Shown here in pieces: positions 62,274 to 64,000 of a stretch of DNA of 64,000 bases (positions are counted from its first letter, which is position 1; every line of letters starts with the position of its first letter). A model generated the notes under the pieces. It was not told where the DNA came from. It saw only the letters and a program-made list of their open reading frames with translations, and ran no database searches. Position numbers and translations under genes: made by a program. Source of the stretch: Gemmatimonadota bacterium. GTDB lineage: Bacteria; Gemmatimonadota; Gemmatimonadetes; Palauibacterales; Palauibacteraceae. The stretch is from contig JBDHIM010000002.1 in assembly GCA_039587445.1 (NCBI GenBank), forward strand, positions 14,456-78,455. Reading direction: 5' to 3'.

Positions 62274-63739
62274 GGCAGGCCGCGGTCAATGTGTCAAGGT
62301 TGCTGCTACCCGCCCTTCTGATCCTGGGAGCGGCAGGATGGGCGGCTTCGCCTCTCACCGCCGCCGTCGCGGACGCAGCTCCGATCGTATCACAGGACGC
62401 GGGCGGCCAGGAGGCGATCCAGGGCGTCACGGGACCGGACCGGACGCTGAGCGTTGGCGAGCCTTTCGGCATCAGGCTGCTGAGGGGAATGCTGGGTATC
62501 GGCTTCCTGATCTTCATGGCGTGGCTGTTCACGGCGAGGCGAAAAGCGGTGAGCTGGTCGCTCGTCGCGAAGGGGTTGGGACTGCAGATCGTCTTCGCGC
62601 TCCTGGTGCTCCGGACGACCTGGGGGCGCTCCTTCTTCCGGGTCGTGAACGACGTCGTGATCGCCCTCATCAGCTACACGAACGAGGGCGCCTCCTTCCT
62701 GTTCGGCCAGCTCGTCAACCGGGATGTCCCGGTGAGCGGCGCCGAAGGCGTCGTAGAGATCGGGGCGAACTTCGCCTTCAGCGTGCTCCCGACGATCATC
62801 TTCTTCTCCTCGTTGATGGCCATCCTCTACTTCCTCGGGATCATGCAGCGGATCGTGAAGACGGTCGCGTGGGCGATGCAGCGCACGCTCAAGACGAGCG
62901 GCGCGGAGACGCTCTCGGCCGCCGGGAACATCTTCGTCGGACAAACCGAAGCGCCGCTCCTCATCCGGCCCTTCGTGAGCCACATGACGGTGTCGGAACT
63001 GAACACGGTGATGACGGGCGGGTTCGCCACCGTGGCGGGCGGCGTCATGGCAGCCTACGTGGCGATGCTCGCCGGCTATTTCCCCGACATCGCCGGCCAC
63101 CTCCTGGCGGCGAGCATCATGGCCGCGCCCGCCGGGATCGTCATCAGCAAGATCCTGATGCCGGAGACCGAGGAGTCCGAGACGAGCGGCACGCTCAGCT
63201 TCGAGGTGGAGGAGACCTCCGTCAACGTGATCGATGCCGCGGCGGGCGGCGCAGCGGGCGGCCTCAAGCTGGCTCTCAACGTGGGCGCGATGCTCCTGGC
63301 CTTTCTGGCGCTGATCGCGCTCGGGAACGGGATGCTCGGCTGGGCCACCGGGCTGATCGGCATCGAGGGCATCACCCTGGAGAGGATCCTCGGCTGGATC
63401 TTCGCGCCCGTGGCCTGGCTCATCGGGGTTCCCTGGTCGGATGCGTCCACCATCGGAAGCCTGTTCGGGATCAAGATGGTGGCCAACGAGTTCGTGGCCT
63501 TCCAGACGCTCGCCGACATGCTGCGCGGGGGGGTGGCGCTGTCGGAGAAGTCGGTGATCATCGCGACCTATGCCTTGACCGGATTCGCCAACTTTTCCTC
63601 GATCGCGATCCAGATCGGGGGCATCGGCGGAATCGCTCCGGAGCGCCGCCACGACCTCTCGAGGCTTGGCCTGCGCGCCATGCTCGGGGGTACCGCCGCG
63701 ACCTGGATGACGGCGACGCTGGCCGGCGTGCTGGGGTGA
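62267..63739 (+). CDS. nupC: NupC/CNT-family concentrative nucleoside transporter with a signal-like N-terminal extension
   Basis: In-frame ATG at 62267 within track ORF 61760..63739, overlapping the rhomboid stop by 7 nt. GNIFVGQTEAPLLIRPF and the GFANFSSIAIQIGG motifs. Confidence 0.85.
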   Translation: MVRQAAVNVSRLLLPALLILGAAGWAASPLTAAVADAAPIVSQDAGGQEAIQGVTGPDRTLSVGEPFGIRLLRGMLGIGFLIFMAWLFTARRKAVSWSLVAKGLGLQIVFALLVLRTTWGRSFFRVVNDVVIALISYTNEGASFLFGQLVNRDVPVSGAEGVVEIGANFAFSVLPTIIFFSSLMAILYFLGIMQRIVKTVAWAMQRTLKTSGAETLSAAGNIFVGQTEAPLLIRPFVSHMTVSELNTVMTGGFATVAGGVMAAYVAMLAGYFPDIAGHLLAASIMAAPAGIVISKILMPETEESETSGTLSFEVEETSVNVIDAAAGGAAGGLKLALNVGAMLLAFLALIALGNGMLGWATGLIGIEGITLERILGWIFAPVAWLIGVPWSDASTIGSLFGIKMVANEFVAFQTLADMLRGGVALSEKSVIIATYALTGFANFSSIAIQIGGIGGIAPERRHDLSRLGLRAMLGGTAATWMTATLAGVLG

Positions 63740-63783
63740 GCGCGACCGCTGGTGCCGGCGCGGACGCCCGTCCGGAGCCACCG

Positions 63784-64000
63784 ATGGAGCGGCGCGTCGA
63801 AGAGGCCGCGGCCGCCCTTCGCGAGCTCCTAACCGGCTTCGAGCCTCTCGTGGGCGTGATCCTCGGATCCGGCCTCGGCGGCCTGGCCGAGCGGTTCGAG
63901 GGGGCGCGGACGGTCCGGGCGACCGAGCTTCCGCATTGGCCGCCCTCCACGGTGGTGGGCCACGAAGGAAGAATCGTCGCGGGGACGCTGGCGGGCGTGC
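63784..64000 (+). CDS. Purine nucleoside phosphorylase (PNP/MTAP family), 3' end truncated by the window
   Basis: MERRVEEAAAALRELL...VGVILGSGLGGLAERFE...ELPHWPPSTVVGHEGRIVAG. The frame is open to the end of the window. An alternative GTG start at 63736 overlaps the nupC stop. Confidence 0.75.
   Translation, partial: MERRVEEAAAALRELLTGFEPLVGVILGSGLGGLAERFEGARTVRATELPHWPPSTVVGHEGRIVAGTLAGV

Noticed and set aside
62390-63781. 463-aa minus-strand ORF
   Set aside because: It is antisense to the NupC/CNT transporter gene and has a shadow-ORF composition.

Overview
This is a GC-rich bacterial chromosomal segment (GC judged by eye, not computed). It is densely coded, with many 4-nt start/stop overlaps (ATGA/GTGA). 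I call about 60 protein genes and one tRNA, tRNA-Leu(UAG). I found no rRNA, no CRISPR array, no transposase, phage or integron signatures, and no recognisable defence system.

Content from left to right:
- A small detoxification-like operon (VOC, PAT/GNAT, CDF-like, GNAT).
- An O-methyltransferase, then a class-V aminotransferase and serA.
- A minus-strand cysM / JAMM / (CysO-MoeB-rhodanese fusion) / BtuF-like operon, preceded by a structured leader that ends in a terminator.
- rpe, an SLC13 permease with four RCK_C domains, kbl, a TonB-like protein and comEA.
- A roughly 19-kb type IVa pilus supercluster: pilB-pilT-pilC; an H-NOX-like gene, yjbQ and a hypothetical; pilS-pilR; a sigma-54 promoter and pilA; a YfhO-like GT-C protein; three minor pilins; and pilMNOPQ.
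- Housekeeping genes: aroC-aroK, topA, xerC-hslVU, argF, gcvT, mogA, an orphan sigma-54 activator, engB, clpX-clpP-tig-tRNA-Leu, htrA, dnaK, a rhomboid protease, nupC and a partial PNP gene.

Most of the window is ordinary core genome. The observations I consider most worth follow-up are:
1. A sulfur-carrier domain fused to its own E1, next to a JAMM peptidase and CysM.
2. An unclassified terminator-containing leader directly upstream of cysM.
3. An H-NOX-like protein inside the pilus locus that lacks the haem-ligating His.
4. A YfhO/GT-C protein immediately after a Ser/Thr-rich pilin.
5. Two perfect in-frame tandem duplications: 15 bp x3.7 in a prepilin leader, and 33 bp x2 in argF.

All homology statements come from motif recognition by eye. 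No database search was run.
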